IMG/VR virus record: IMGVR_UViG_3300020409_000014
Span: 10,503 to 74,502 of that record
Origin: a virus
Taxonomy: Duplodnaviria > Caudoviricetes
DNA: 64,000 nt
Strand: one strand, 5' to 3'
Shown one piece after another: positions 25,401-31,585 of this stretch (the stretch's first letter is position 1; each line of letters begins with the position of its first letter). The notes below the pieces were generated by a model, which made no database searches, had not been told where the DNA came from, and saw nothing but the letters and a program-made list of their open reading frames with translations. Made by a program: the position numbers and the translations under genes.

Positions 25401-28400
25401 CCAACAGCGTCTAGTCTTACAGTAGTTGTACCTTGGATATAGTTAATACCTCTGTTGGATATGGAGATACCAATTACTTTACCCTTGTCTTCCCCAGTTG
25501 TTGCAATGGTTGCTTTTGCAACAGCACCAAATCCATCACCATTGATTACAACTCTTGGTGCTGTTGTATAACGACGACCAGAGTTAATAATAGCGATAGA
25601 TACGATTCTACCATTCAATACGATTGGTTGTGCTAATGCACCTTCACCAGATGTAACAGATACAGTGGGGAGAGATGTGTATCCTGATCCACCACCTGTT
25701 AATGTAACAGCAGAGATAGGACCTCTGATATTAGCAGTGGCTGCAGCACCACTACCGCCACCCCCAGTAATAGTAATAGATGGTTGTGATGTGAAGCCAC
25801 TGCCAGGATTGCTTACTAAGATTCTTGTTATAACACCATTAGTAACAACCGCAGTTGCAGATGCACCTGATCCACCACCACCAACGATAGAGATCAATGG
25901 AGAAGATGTATAATCCTGTCCTCCTGCAGTTACCTCAAATGAGTCAACACTACCATTAACTGTAACAGTAGCAGTTGCACCACTACCTCCACCACCTTCA
26001 ATAAGGACTTCTGGGGGAGATCCTGCATCATAGTTAAGACCTGAGTTAGCAACAACAATACCAGTCAAAGGACCGAAAAGAATTGACTCTTCTGACTTAT
26101 AGCACCATATACTTACACCATTAACCCAAGCACCTATTGCACTGTTAGCAGCAATCTGTTGTCTCTCAGAAACGGTATTTACAGTCCTAGGGACTCTAAT
26201 AAGTTTTCTTTGGTTGCCAGGTATCAATGCAGACCCAATAAAAGGTCCTATCTTGTAGTTTGGAAGACCAGACGCTGCAACGTAGACATAATCGGCATTA
26301 AAGAAGGAATTCTGAATATTAGTCGTAAATTCAGTAACAACGTTGTTAATTGCAGTCTCAGTAGACTTACCTCTGTTAAGATCGACTGAAAGTAAGATAT
26401 TACCAACAGGGACGATATCAGTTGCTGTTGCAACTCTATATGAAAAATTAAAGTCGTCAATACGAGAAGAAACTTGGAATGTGCCGTTAAAGACAACTGG
26501 GTTAGCACCATATACTGTAACGGTGTCTTCTACCAATAATCCATGAGGTTCTTCGGTTGTTACGGTTGCAACTTGTGATGCACCGCCAGGATCGATTGTA
26601 GAAACCCTAACAAGTTTTTTAACGTTGTAAAACCAAGATTCTAGTCTTTCTTCACCAACAGAGTCTGATCCGAGCGATGCAACTTTTAATTTATCGCCAG
26701 GTAAGTAATATGACCCTGTATCGTCTAATACTGTGCTTCCTGCTTCGGCAATACCCAAAACACGCATTTTAACTTCGGTAGAAGTGCCTCTATTAGCGTA
26801 AATGAAGATATTAGAAGTAATAGTGGTGCCAGGATCCCAATCTTCAACAATACCGTTATTTGATCGAGTACATTCAATAAATTGGTTAAGTGACTTCTCT
26901 TTATACAAGACTTCTTCATTATCGCCAATAAAGAAGGTGCCGTTTCTCTCTGGCCATCCAATAGTCGAGTCAACGGTTACAATTTGCCCTGTAGTGGATA
27001 ATGGCTCAACTAGATTAGTAATATAAGGTATTTTAAATGTGCCAGTAAGTGTTTCTTCAGATATTACCAATTCATAAATTGTATCTTCACCTTTGATGAT
27101 AGAAATTGCATTTTCAACTAATGCTGATGCATTCTTGACATTTTGATCAACCTCATCTGCATATTGAATAACTTCTGCGTCAATTAGGTTAGCAGCGTCA
27201 CCAGATACAATCTGAGTCCTTAAAATAGTGTCTACAGTCCATGTAGCAGCAGATGGAGAGATAATCTGCTCTTTAGGATATGAAACCTCAATCTCTTCAC
27301 CAAAAAGAATCTTGAAAAGGTATTTTGCACCTAATGCAGTACCTTTAGCAAGATAGAAGTCCCTGATATTCTTAATTACGTTAACAGGGTTAACTTTACT
27401 TGGATCTAGATTTATAGTCGGTAAATATTGCTTTCTAAACTTCTCAAATAACTGATAGATGAAAATAGAGTCAAGGTTGTGGACTACTGACCCTATGGGG
27501 TGTGTGCTAGTAGCAATTTGACTTTCTTTTGCAAAAATTTGGTTTCCATACTCATCAAAGTCAACAACGTTAGAAACACCACGGACAATACCATTAAATG
27601 CACTAGGCACATAGTTTCTACCACTCTCTTCAATTACAAATCCAGTAACTTCGTCATATCCGACATTTACAGATGCTTTTGCTGCTTGAGGCTCAGCAAT
27701 GTAAATTGTAGGAGGATTTGTTTCACTATATCCAGTACCAAAGTTGGTAATGTTGATGTCTGTTAACTCACCGTTGAATATAGTCGCTGCAGCAGTTGCA
27801 CCTGTGCCTCCAATAGGATCACCGTATGCATCTTTGCGATCGTCAACAATATAGACAGATGGAGCGTCAGTATAACCTCTACCACCAGTCAATAACTCAA
27901 TATCTGTAACAGCACCACTAGATACAGTCACATCTAAGACTTGAGCACCAACAGGATCGATTACACGGCATCTAGGAGGACTTGTATACCCTCTTCCTCT
28001 ATTAATGATAGTAACTAGACTTAAACTACCTTCTGCAGTTAGAGAGCACTCTGCGATAGCGTTGATACCACCATCAGGAGCAGGATCAATGTATATTGTA
28101 GGAGGGTTAGCATAATTAAGACCTGGTGAGGTAACTGTAATGCTATCTACGTTAAGTCTACCTTCAGAGTCAATAGTTGCATCGCTAATAGTTGCACCGC
28201 CAGGATTATTGAAGGTAATAACTGGCACAAAGTCATAACCAGATCCAGAATCAGTAATTCTAACTGAATCTACCATTCCAGTGGTATCATTGACTGTCAA
28301 AGCAACCCTTGCAAGTCTACCATTAGGATTACTAGGTGCAGTAACTAAAGGAATAGGAGGATTGTAAGATGTATAACCTTGACCACCAGAAATTAACTGA

Positions 28401-29458
28401 ATATCTTTAATACCTGCAACTAAACTGTGTGCAGTAGCATATTCACCAGTAGTAGCAGTTTGGACATTTACTCTAGGAGCAAAATCAAGTCTATATCCCT
28501 TACCACCCTCTTTAACTAAGATATTATCAATCTGATTGTCTACAACATTACATACAGCTGTTGCACCACTACCAAAGGATGCAGGAACAAATTCAATCGC
28601 TCTAACATGAAGAGTATCTTGACTACCAAGAGCAAACTTAGTAACAAGAGTATCTTGATAAACATTAAACTGCTCAAAAGGTTTCTGTAATTGTCCTGAG
28701 CGGTTGACAATTAGAGAAACATCAGAAATTGGAGTATATGCAGATCCATTTACTCTTAGAGGATAATATTTTGTGCCTTGCCATTCTGAGAATGGGACAG
28801 GATCCATTGTAACAATGGTTTTATCAGCAAAACCTATAAGATATACAATCTTCGTAAAACCTTGGTCATCGCCTCCTAGAGGTGCTCTAGGGGGCACTGT
28901 GAAGATGATATTGGTGCCACTAACAGTGTAATCTACTGTAGGTCTAAGAGTTACATTATAGACAGTAACTATTAGGTGATCTACAGACGCAGGACTAACT
29001 GGGTTACCCTGATACTTTAATGGAAATGTAGTTTGGACGCCATCAAACTCGTAATATGGATTTTCTAGTGCTTGCTCTTTCTTCTTAAATTCATGTGGTG
29101 CAATACCAGGTGTCATGATAGCATCAGGACCTCTGGTTACCGATTCATAGTATAAGATCTCATTATCAATCTTAATACTACCATTTCTTTCCTGATATCC
29201 GTCAATATCTTCGACAACAATCTCTGTGTCATTCAAACCTATTGCTTGAAGCACACTTGTCTCGGATGTTAAGACATTTGACTGATAAGTGTCTAAGTCA
29301 AGATAATCGAGTACATTATTAAGGATGTCGTAGGGTCTACCTACTTTCTCCTGTGATTTGTAGTATTCTTGTAGTAGTTGGACAAAGGCACGGTCTTCTG
29401 ATTTAATAAAATCAGGTAACTGTTGCTCAACTCTGTCAGAAACCTGTACTCTAGACAT
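7427..29458 (-). CDS. gp7: Giant baseplate wedge initiator (T4 gp7-like), 7343 aa multidomain virion protein
   Basis: N-terminal VEQQLPDFIK..FVQLLQEYY; IKNIRDFYLAKGT..GAKYLFKILFGE and HPTGFKMFG motifs; directly downstream of gp6; one uninterrupted ORF. Confidence 0.85.
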   Translation of the reverse strand: MSRVQVSDRVEQQLPDFIKSEDRAFVQLLQEYYKSQEKVGRPYDILNNVLDYLDLDTYQSNVLTSETSVLQAIGLNDTEIVVEDIDGYQERNGSIKIDNEILYYESVTRGPDAIMTPGIAPHEFKKKEQALENPYYEFDGVQTTFPLKYQGNPVSPASVDHLIVTVYNVTLRPTVDYTVSGTNIIFTVPPRAPLGGDDQGFTKIVYLIGFADKTIVTMDPVPFSEWQGTKYYPLRVNGSAYTPISDVSLIVNRSGQLQKPFEQFNVYQDTLVTKFALGSQDTLHVRAIEFVPASFGSGATAVCNVVDNQIDNILVKEGGKGYRLDFAPRVNVQTATTGEYATAHSLVAGIKDIQLISGGQGYTSYNPPIPLVTAPSNPNGRLARVALTVNDTTGMVDSVRITDSGSGYDFVPVITFNNPGGATISDATIDSEGRLNVDSITVTSPGLNYANPPTIYIDPAPDGGINAIAECSLTAEGSLSLVTIINRGRGYTSPPRCRVIDPVGAQVLDVTVSSGAVTDIELLTGGRGYTDAPSVYIVDDRKDAYGDPIGGTGATAAATIFNGELTDINITNFGTGYSETNPPTIYIAEPQAAKASVNVGYDEVTGFVIEESGRNYVPSAFNGIVRGVSNVVDFDEYGNQIFAKESQIATSTHPIGSVVHNLDSIFIYQLFEKFRKQYLPTINLDPSKVNPVNVIKNIRDFYLAKGTALGAKYLFKILFGEEIEVSYPKEQIISPSAATWTVDTILRTQIVSGDAANLIDAEVIQYADEVDQNVKNASALVENAISIIKGEDTIYELVISEETLTGTFKIPYITNLVEPLSTTGQIVTVDSTIGWPERNGTFFIGDNEEVLYKEKSLNQFIECTRSNNGIVEDWDPGTTITSNIFIYANRGTSTEVKMRVLGIAEAGSTVLDDTGSYYLPGDKLKVASLGSDSVGEERLESWFYNVKKLVRVSTIDPGGASQVATVTTEEPHGLLVEDTVTVYGANPVVFNGTFQVSSRIDDFNFSYRVATATDIVPVGNILLSVDLNRGKSTETAINNVVTEFTTNIQNSFFNADYVYVAASGLPNYKIGPFIGSALIPGNQRKLIRVPRTVNTVSERQQIAANSAIGAWVNGVSIWCYKSEESILFGPLTGIVVANSGLNYDAGSPPEVLIEGGGGSGATATVTVNGSVDSFEVTAGGQDYTSSPLISIVGGGGSGASATAVVTNGVITRILVSNPGSGFTSQPSITITGGGGSGAAATANIRGPISAVTLTGGGSGYTSLPTVSVTSGEGALAQPIVLNGRIVSIAIINSGRRYTTAPRVVINGDGFGAVAKATIATTGEDKGKVIGISISNRGINYIQGTTTVRLDAVGELATFTAQVFEWNKNFEYELSNKYDIARGYVFTGLNNQYGGEYAHLSDPKELRYVVGDNVFLDQETGKFQEIETNFQHSPILGWAYDGNPIYGPYGYANPTDQNSGVRRLRTSYQLKPEIVLSDANPNPARVDGPLLATYPAGSFVPDYEYVFQQGDLDQYNGRFCKTPEYPDGTYAYFVTIDASSDGLPLFPYIMGPAFNSLPDEWNLSQGAVQENIPADVVRYRVPYENVDIDVERLPNQEADVLTTEIEGYPIIFEIQDSNQDGIIDANEQQEILQLQEEPTLQIYDYFPQVSLESKVDIDVETVTQFETAQIDGFVIENPGRSYQVNDTVFFDNEGTGGFGASAIIDSIKGVPISAYVKEIIGDRPYGVITTSENHDLSQGDEVIVDSTPITSNTNKEFTVKVVDGIESVTVDIEGIGYSELIPPTYELVDDSGGVDAEFTINLDAAGVASSFNIVNSGNGYSTTNVPQIRVSHPQSNTKTRYWLSEYLNDSGNVTIFDSYSTVNRDYYICGSLVEDIDNDQVGFIAKFDDLGEVQWVRTLLPNNAGTKKLEFTCLYVDDSQENDLIYVGGQTYDPDNANYNPDVWFGKYESERDAQNNPTGTLKWQKSIAGISGGQRRDYITDIALDENNNIYLVGYTDTQAIDANDIWIIQSNNDGDLKEKRKISSPNGDEDLTQIRWVSNSTFMFVGVNQTTDNMIYGTFSYDGSNINVDFVKQVPALGGYARNPRFTIDEYNDVFFLYDVFNNANGKFERIQLGKIPLGDTNATYTNNQGATLPKPWLFRKSLTPQGNYVSIKNTGLHIDVFGDVVITAAIDYDEDRKTNIVSSLKYDGTIKEESLIETTDSVGQVGKTSTVDNSGDIITVAERLIPNQLAVYRFDNSADLDYDTTKQTISTLTIQTPADAEVDTSYYKYGTGSLKFQAANRATASGLAWEGQNWTTAAWFSMNTTAYAAGNTPHFFDTVEVNGTSGVSAYLMGISSDPNFGKIILEVNGSVVASSTETTYWGNFAAAAWHHIALVKENTGSGVWEINVYYDGTLAVTYQTLIDVNMASVGLGGTEPSVATKAFIGHIDDWIISKLDEFESTFTPPTTKYPLSHEISDVVAIKIDRAHTSGRGTYTLTTPTNYSNLTISEWTTGTWSDAGLPSIDQWDVGAGGLQLLDFSDSPSVYTPVQTYTWTNNREQFASKSSTIPVKNGQKMFVTANVVPKFYIKDATYSKIDNILEYTLNQDVKFTKGAILQQYNALGVVQAYGTIVETPVGTTTNPGLGNKYKIGKIFGTFNTTDLLRSTEATDINIIPEQTFIGVEEENIWVTGTAYATADRVYYAKKIYEAQSGGTSGVTPPTHTTGAVSDGSVTWVFIRNAGEFNIDIQTEPYPKPQYRGMDMDRWDQGVNFPVGYQVYWQRNIYEVTVAGTSGTIAPVHTTGTASDGGVTWEWKSTEQPLSDYARFQQYSDGQYSVKIRKVQPASSYIPGDVIAINSGNIVVDDEGTDAYKVVKVTGFASVKEVELTTTLKKDIKKVSDARSDLVYATSVTPHNYRANEIIFTEGFNTTEYNGSFFIREVFGSREFVFGLRNTAAGDPVFNQNSISNVNIFAKHPSLTFIREHQYVFDVGDASNFGYYLSFAQDNQYKLEYSFNNITRVGTPGVQAEGLRPYVKFSAIGNVTNISYYFDPSRIGSMSPVGANSFIDIIKTPYDGTFTISQIVNNTEFKFPLLLEPETSSAEVQDDENGNPFSFYSTTSVKAIGPINTIKLVSPGGFYQKLPIISDIASFRQIERITITSGGTEYQPGVYYNVPIDGDGEGGLATITVTLDEEIGSGTISDVSVADPGKGYTTASIDVDSITGILGPQLAGSGAALAVVIPDEGSGASVFLTGKNIGKIKRLKNNEFGFGYSHDYTLRPEITFPVNLQLFNTSILTEITITDPGSGYTSAPAVVIEGGGGSGAEAEAVIKNNRLNEILIKNPGQGYSSEPTVTLKSEFNYVVNLDLNYLQFNFPHGITTGAAIQLRADSIGSTTGILPKPSSAGLTQLVEGQIYYAIADQLESDQLRFGLTLQAAQSGDFITFLTQGEGRQTLLTEVFGGTATAVVATSRFLEGEKIFQGNSPEQASATGFVSTNTGWQIGPKILKVVDYTGNFVQGEKVSGEVSKASGIIDNLSIARGVLNIDSITQTPGRFIDDVGKPSEIVQKIQDSFFYQSFSYVITSEIPITRWKKQVLDNNHPTGFKMFGQLSLTGGKDVSGRKVGTEFIKEVNINEYTNVNQITSFGAAEPVYTDYNNTEVLFRSRRLTSSEEILTSIVKKIDDISDDFDGILKSFPITVEGEGVIVKGNQLMITLNGVIQAPGTSYQIVGNQIVFAEPPKAASQVRYRAVRFTTIPVYRITLVNPQGIFPEMGQQVNGESSDAYATVIDSGTFHIDVINITDGPFTVSEIIKRTTLFNAVVGSVDLINTESLFKFQETITNFDGDIAIIEETNLDAQGNATDTLLLSKTSGTSRFETGIFDIKLNEYIYSSNSKIVAQITFISPYLDPNTGQPVDTLIINRGSTFFGLIYERLVAIQNPNVILDDISQSSITPVQLYDAEARINEDFLDFEEVRSTEIEYDNLSSGTFAKGDALRNKAIFYANLVGNAGNRANDGARSIGRNRQEIIDRAERWVAVEHPDFYYPGDVQTNTTSRFRDAYRMILKNIDAISLRAYDLQKTAFTGTSAGDKQGYLDDVRLWIESLALDIHSGGNQYSLKWINEYFSDSTTLNYSRASAELLFIVEKAKDLCLAAITNQLTGVFSATNSTDEATYYADLSITADPSPGSPYATPGSNTDNATTDNCSDVQSAITTIWTWQNEAIAAGNLNDIPTEVEPTTSIGQEKCRRDLGLFIDAIADDLSSGGEFNSQNFAEQYFDTTGNFILNGFYGEVAESQTAILKARDTMFYAINNLLYVKDIGNEGYNLNDPITYGGSAPAHTYDPNYSSGNAQSLSNCADIQQNITFLTDIVIHSVTAENTHNLTGTTSYTSEGTGGPKITGVFADPVPQGSLNIDGANLLLNNKEFIAAEALHIYKTANPGFTPHQTDADCTDDIKDVIEAIAYDIKYGGNSRVYDAATYAIAYDDSPTTASQVNGIYAEAQTIAGSVIQNGTDTFTVANVNNATRTFDVTVPTVTLNAGDSLTYVGNGKMVVAPPQFTPTGATYNPVTGDLVLTIGSHNITAGRFVSIAANSLTFNCTMDGGSSNKTYPRAGKDPYYNKPLEVKSVVANTSITVNVGASPEITFTPTAITYSPSSGVMVMTIGEHKLETGTAIKIAQESLVFRCSQDNYLTDHAYPRTTDPYYDTAITITDTTSTTITVNVGVATAQGQYEHVFQSAAFGAVITGGNYTHTFVSATSNAVTLDNTADIALATYDVAGGTLSIQLAESYTPTLSNGDTVRLHYLHFVSKTFGDYYYPRFAATGIHGKRQWFDTDLTPVNSDTNGCATVVSAFNTLMSVYTTAYTNNNMAHATRTAPTERTITDGGYSAGETLRVTKYAFKDPSRGLFLPGENLKGVTTNASAPIKGSNNGLKWIYGGNATGTFSIGEYVTNSTLVNSNCTIDDITILSALSNNTKSVRIPNTGQIVQTERNDFKFGTGDFTIEMRLRADAISGNQIIFDMRRPQTTSTGLSLVLNGSGQLILANGSSTLITSTNTLIALRWHHIAVVRKSAVTSIYIDGVQQTTYSDTNTYEFARFALGKDVSNGQQFIGNLDNLIVKKGVGDYEGATITPPSDPDFTNSSIVLGINGEAPFVVSTTEVYATLTGLTNSSSTLKSIDYLNKRITIEEVDLGREIYRDAADIIDINRDWIAEEAVGIMQAFFPDFTIPGDTYGAGGTMSGTNVCIRDTRDYILPAIVKDLREGGNYNVIVTARFYRTRGGEIEYIGQELLQTLYAWREVVKLCKYVINTSDTTLTGTYTTKLRVPHALSGTTQVETQLDTLGDYIADVLAPTGHRFRDAGALIWKNRDYIAEEAVGHINALYTKTINSVPVQFLTIPNNTKCLRDLKDHVLPAVIGDIIMGGNAETQKVIDSYLNSDNEILYITDELNPMIDAIHYTEMLAKKAINNLLMSPGETSASLGVSATYQDEYYSPIYTSRLAFRDETITYDPKQFDQTRTGSNKFLDAADLIDDNARIIAKEAVSTMNDLSKYGSFIVPTGNPVDCEDDVVDILAGVAHDLRHGGNSETYRIGKLYVRSDGGIKHIEGETEASKAVFKIARDMAILTIRNGFGRDSLPGHNEVTFQLSSYERNGASNNRIYAARAIERNIRFIAEEAVRRGLDQYPSLSINGGSSALWTKEFTPTDVNYNSTNGKMVVTIGKHDIQRGDTVRVTPLGITLRCSQDNYATDHPYPRTTDPVYEKNILVEDISQTTITINVGASPQGQQYTHQFQSALAGSIKWGDDFGGQKLTPTNITYNSATGDMVMTIPDHVFNVGNRLMIAPNSLTFTCSQDNNASNHSYPRTTDPYYNKTVAVTAVGTGTANITNASYQETTGILTITSAGHGLVTGNRIKIATDGIRFTCTQDGNSTNHDYPRSTDPANNKWLIVTKIDDDNIAVNVYPSQVGQQYPHTFVSATSGALIKQSGTVTVNVGASPAGQQYTHAFVSATHNCITAAGSIDCVHDVADVLAWHTFNLEYGGDNMVALGAGYYVENGVIQHIAGVVNEVTWITNTARDIAKQIYQGTTPSRHATNGAEFVPITDIEDKWVTGEGNMSAISDSDVDTEVNRLISIVTDTINDPTGSDTTTYPNGLSGSFTPTLPNIWPTKYSGDVPLRDVSVTFDNQATQWNQTCPTQAAAINTLMAILEGGIDAAVAGNGLTYYGTTVTETAPTSPTSNLYNAGKCYDVKLEIEKKYKVMYETLSGGSTSNKMAAKMILFNKPAIKKRAYDQTVAFYPSYAGDADFADQIIHAVIYDLVTGGNAEAFDSISNWFDGDGNMIVYTGIVRTHLIYHMTRVREYCKSIIYAPDGAGWIPYVADPGLYIPALRTEWDQEATEFNMDSSINVFEFALEQSKFSTEAKTTWIANTDVHNRHVVYNEGFDWNTDPALVSLTPTVRAGYDRAEFRVRIYRANFFRRGDVVQYIPAGGGTLGGTTGQSLYYILNAEATFFEIGAVPTHDGRFRALEFDDTAASSHIFQVLVRSGINRATTTYGNPDVETPYSGGFLDADVLYGTQSDVFAEIGSQSFNQASVRETFLYVKLGNPSDPGVSKFTNGENVFKSGDATAVGKILQQNYNTGNTEIILRVVDKTGPNWAVGDTLVGLDSSTTADITAITDRLLLNVDLGAYAVGDKIFKKADNTEADIVFYDNKSGAIIGNDGGRVVMDVETIQSGWETGDIIYGSLTDYILDVKGIYQPGGVAEVNDIIHGTEVIELDLGSTFIEAGLAATFEVGDEVNMLIGTVIKNPGLTAVVTKYQAPNNNVSPVIPHKMWIGNVQPVGTGASVSELTNAGIFIGKFDIGTNFPVIYSNVTNITQNTYTSYAKISKIEQQGITARIWVEQAVGEFYDNMTIKGDDGWSAAVSDARTLVGRVDRYFRGFDGVQQNFSLSVENGQAYFPDPAGHMLIFVNGILQPPGAINAYTAFSDKIQFTEPPEIGSEFIGYYVGKLRQLDDIGFEFDSLRSSFNLKLDGIFYSLTLTEGVSSATILPENNILVSLNGIIQEPGVSYEIVGSRIIFAEVPRAGATFVGFSYIGSDADVISATVVPPIEAGDQLDIEGEEFPREVALIESSNSLITFEYTGSVKGRNAEALANITSGQIISATVTNPGDGYTSKPNVEIISSTGFDGRLVPMMGIQRIDVKATGGGYSLPIVAAETTVEDDFVTPTGSPVNNGFDIYAGEGIDQQGNPIVVDPGLIRININPVNVTVNQGQTATFTVVADFVRASDGQLNTTTLNYQWQKKDYGTTVWSNIIGGNQAAYPTNSTTQQDDGDEYRVAITAAGATPVYSFSAILSVQIGSTVISNFTPDQIFDDA
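10470..17485 (-). repeat. About eight phycobiliprotein(globin)-like helical repeats inside gp7
   Basis: Repeat pattern DAxxxIxxNxxxIxxEA...P...C-x-[RDH]-D...DLxxGGN; putative Cys84-equivalent codons at 16793, 16181, 13805, 13331, 12848, 11480. Confidence 0.7.
11615..15862 (-). repeat. Five ~85-aa beta-rich modules inside gp7
   Basis: Consensus TPT.atY...tG.mv.TI..H....G....ia...l.F.C.qD....H.YPR..DP at about 15612-15862, 15320-15603, 12160-12443, 11910-12118, 11615-11892. Confidence 0.85.
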
Positions 29459-29461
29459 AAC

Positions 29462-31585
29462 TTAGAAGCAGTCTTCTATATCGGGATAAGTGAATGTATC
29501 CGTGGGGTAATCAAGTATATTTAGCTCTCCACCACCAAAGTTAAATCCACTGAAATTATTAGGATCGAAGATAGGGACTGATAAGTCATTGATCGTATAA
29601 TCTATTGGATTTACGTCTGGGTTGAAGATAATTGGGTCTGTGCCTGCAGGAGGCTCAAGTGATCCACCGCTAGGGTAGACAACCACTGGAATTCTGTTTG
29701 TATCGTCAGGTGTTAGTGCAACGTTTAGAGGTCCTACACATACTTCACCAGTATTGTAATTGACTGACCCGACATTATTATTTAAGATTACTTCTGCCTC
29801 ATCTTTAACAGTAACTAACATCATGTTACCTTTACCGTCATCTCTTAAATTTACAGGGACAAGAGTTTGTGAAGTAGTAGAGTCAAAAACTGCAGTATCT
29901 ACTTGGACAACACCACTAGTTAGATTGGCATTATTAAGAAGACTTTCAGTATATCCAGTTGCATAGAATGTGCCTGATTTAACTACAGAGAAGGTTGGTT
30001 TACATGTGCCGTCAGACCCATCTGTGCCGTCCCCTGAGGTGCCGTTTCCATCGCCAGTGCCATTATCATCACTAGTGCCAGAATAGTCGCCTGGACGGAA
30101 TAAAGGGTTGTTAAAATCTAGACATTGGTTGAATACTTGACCAAACTGGAATGTATCAAGATTCTGACCTAGAGTAATCTGAGTTGTGCTACCTGAGATA
30201 GCAGGATCAGAGTTATCGACTACTCCTGCATACTTAGATCCTTCAAATCTGTTGTTGAATCTATTTGCAGCATTTTGTGCGTTGTAATCGTCGATATTTT
30301 TTAATACTTTAGTCCTTAGGTCATTAGAACTAAGATTAGTGTCATTACCATTATAGTAAACGTAAGATTTAGGAATAACATAGAGAGTTGTAGGATCAAT
30401 GATGATCGGATCGATAGCACCGATCGAATAATCTTTTAATTGATTCTTAATTCTGACTTTTGTAGTCTCATTCAACTTAGATCCAGTCTTAGGTCTAACT
30501 GCAACGTAAACTTTTCCATAAACAGGAGGATTTAACTTCTCACCACCATATGCAACCACTGATCGTGATTGTGGATAGAGTTGTCTTACTAGATTCTCAA
30601 AATCTCTCTCTGTTACTGCTCTGTTTTGTGTTGTATACAATCTAGGAGCATTATACTTGATTGATACAGGTGATTCTCTGTCTTCACCGTCTGCTGCTTG
30701 GTTTTCAGTAACAACACTAATAGCATTGTTGCTAATTATGCGTCCTTCGCTGTCATTTGCTGTCCCAATGAAAGTAAAGTCTCTTGCACCGTTTGCTTCT
30801 TTACCAACTGTCCTTACATAGTCAATTTTTACAAATTCACCGTCAACTAATTGTCTTCCTAACACTCCATCACCAAAAATTACCTTATAACGTAAATCAT
30901 CAACTTCTTCAAGGAAGTAAATACGAGAATTACTGTCTAAGTTAACAGATGAGGTTGCTCTATTGTAAATATCAATTTCTGATGACTGCACAGAAGGAGA
31001 TATGTAAACAATCATCCTTTCAGTGTCTACATCTTCACTAGGAATGATGTATTCTTGTCTTTTCGTGTTATTAACAACAAATGAGTAAGTAAGAAGGTTA
31101 CCTTGATATGTTGCGAGACATCTAAACGTCGCTTTACCTGTAGATTGGTCAACAGGTGCTTGGACTTGAGTTAGAATTGTAAAAATATAGTCATCAAAGT
31201 TATTTTCAGCACTAAACGAGTCACCTTTGTTAATTGTAACCTGCTCAGGGTAGGTTAGACCGTTTGCACCGATTAAAGTCTGCACAGTTACTGTCACAAA
31301 CGCTTTTGGAGACTTTACACTACGAGGAGTGTAGTTAAGTTGCTTAGCAACCTTAACAATATTGTCTCTGACAGTAGATGTTTCTAAGAATGCCTCATTT
31401 AGAGACATGTTTGCATTAAATGCAGTATAGTATGTGTTATAAGCAAGAATGTCTAGAAGGTAAGACGCAGCAGATCCCTCAAAGTCATAATCAGTAAACT
31501 CTGATCGAGTCCTGAGGTATGATCTTATCGATTCCTTGATTTCAAAGAAATCTAAGGAGGTTAATTCTGATGGTACTGCAGCCAT
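29462..31585 (-). CDS. gp6: Baseplate wedge subunit (T4 gp6-like)
   Basis: 707 aa; LDFFEIKESIRSYLR, DYDFEGS..SYLLDILAYNTYY, QNRAVT.RDF, PPVYGKVYVAVRP. Confidence 0.93.
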   Translation of the reverse strand: MAAVPSELTSLDFFEIKESIRSYLRTRSEFTDYDFEGSAASYLLDILAYNTYYTAFNANMSLNEAFLETSTVRDNIVKVAKQLNYTPRSVKSPKAFVTVTVQTLIGANGLTYPEQVTINKGDSFSAENNFDDYIFTILTQVQAPVDQSTGKATFRCLATYQGNLLTYSFVVNNTKRQEYIIPSEDVDTERMIVYISPSVQSSEIDIYNRATSSVNLDSNSRIYFLEEVDDLRYKVIFGDGVLGRQLVDGEFVKIDYVRTVGKEANGARDFTFIGTANDSEGRIISNNAISVVTENQAADGEDRESPVSIKYNAPRLYTTQNRAVTERDFENLVRQLYPQSRSVVAYGGEKLNPPVYGKVYVAVRPKTGSKLNETTKVRIKNQLKDYSIGAIDPIIIDPTTLYVIPKSYVYYNGNDTNLSSNDLRTKVLKNIDDYNAQNAANRFNNRFEGSKYAGVVDNSDPAISGSTTQITLGQNLDTFQFGQVFNQCLDFNNPLFRPGDYSGTSDDNGTGDGNGTSGDGTDGSDGTCKPTFSVVKSGTFYATGYTESLLNNANLTSGVVQVDTAVFDSTTSQTLVPVNLRDDGKGNMMLVTVKDEAEVILNNNVGSVNYNTGEVCVGPLNVALTPDDTNRIPVVVYPSGGSLEPPAGTDPIIFNPDVNPIDYTINDLSVPIFDPNNFSGFNFGGGELNILDYPTDTFTYPDIEDCF

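Noticed and set aside
7427-29458. Intein, intron or stop-codon recoding explaining the giant ORF
   Set aside because: No splicing or homing-endonuclease motifs seen; frame is open in the standard code and neighbours end at normal TAA/TAG/TGA
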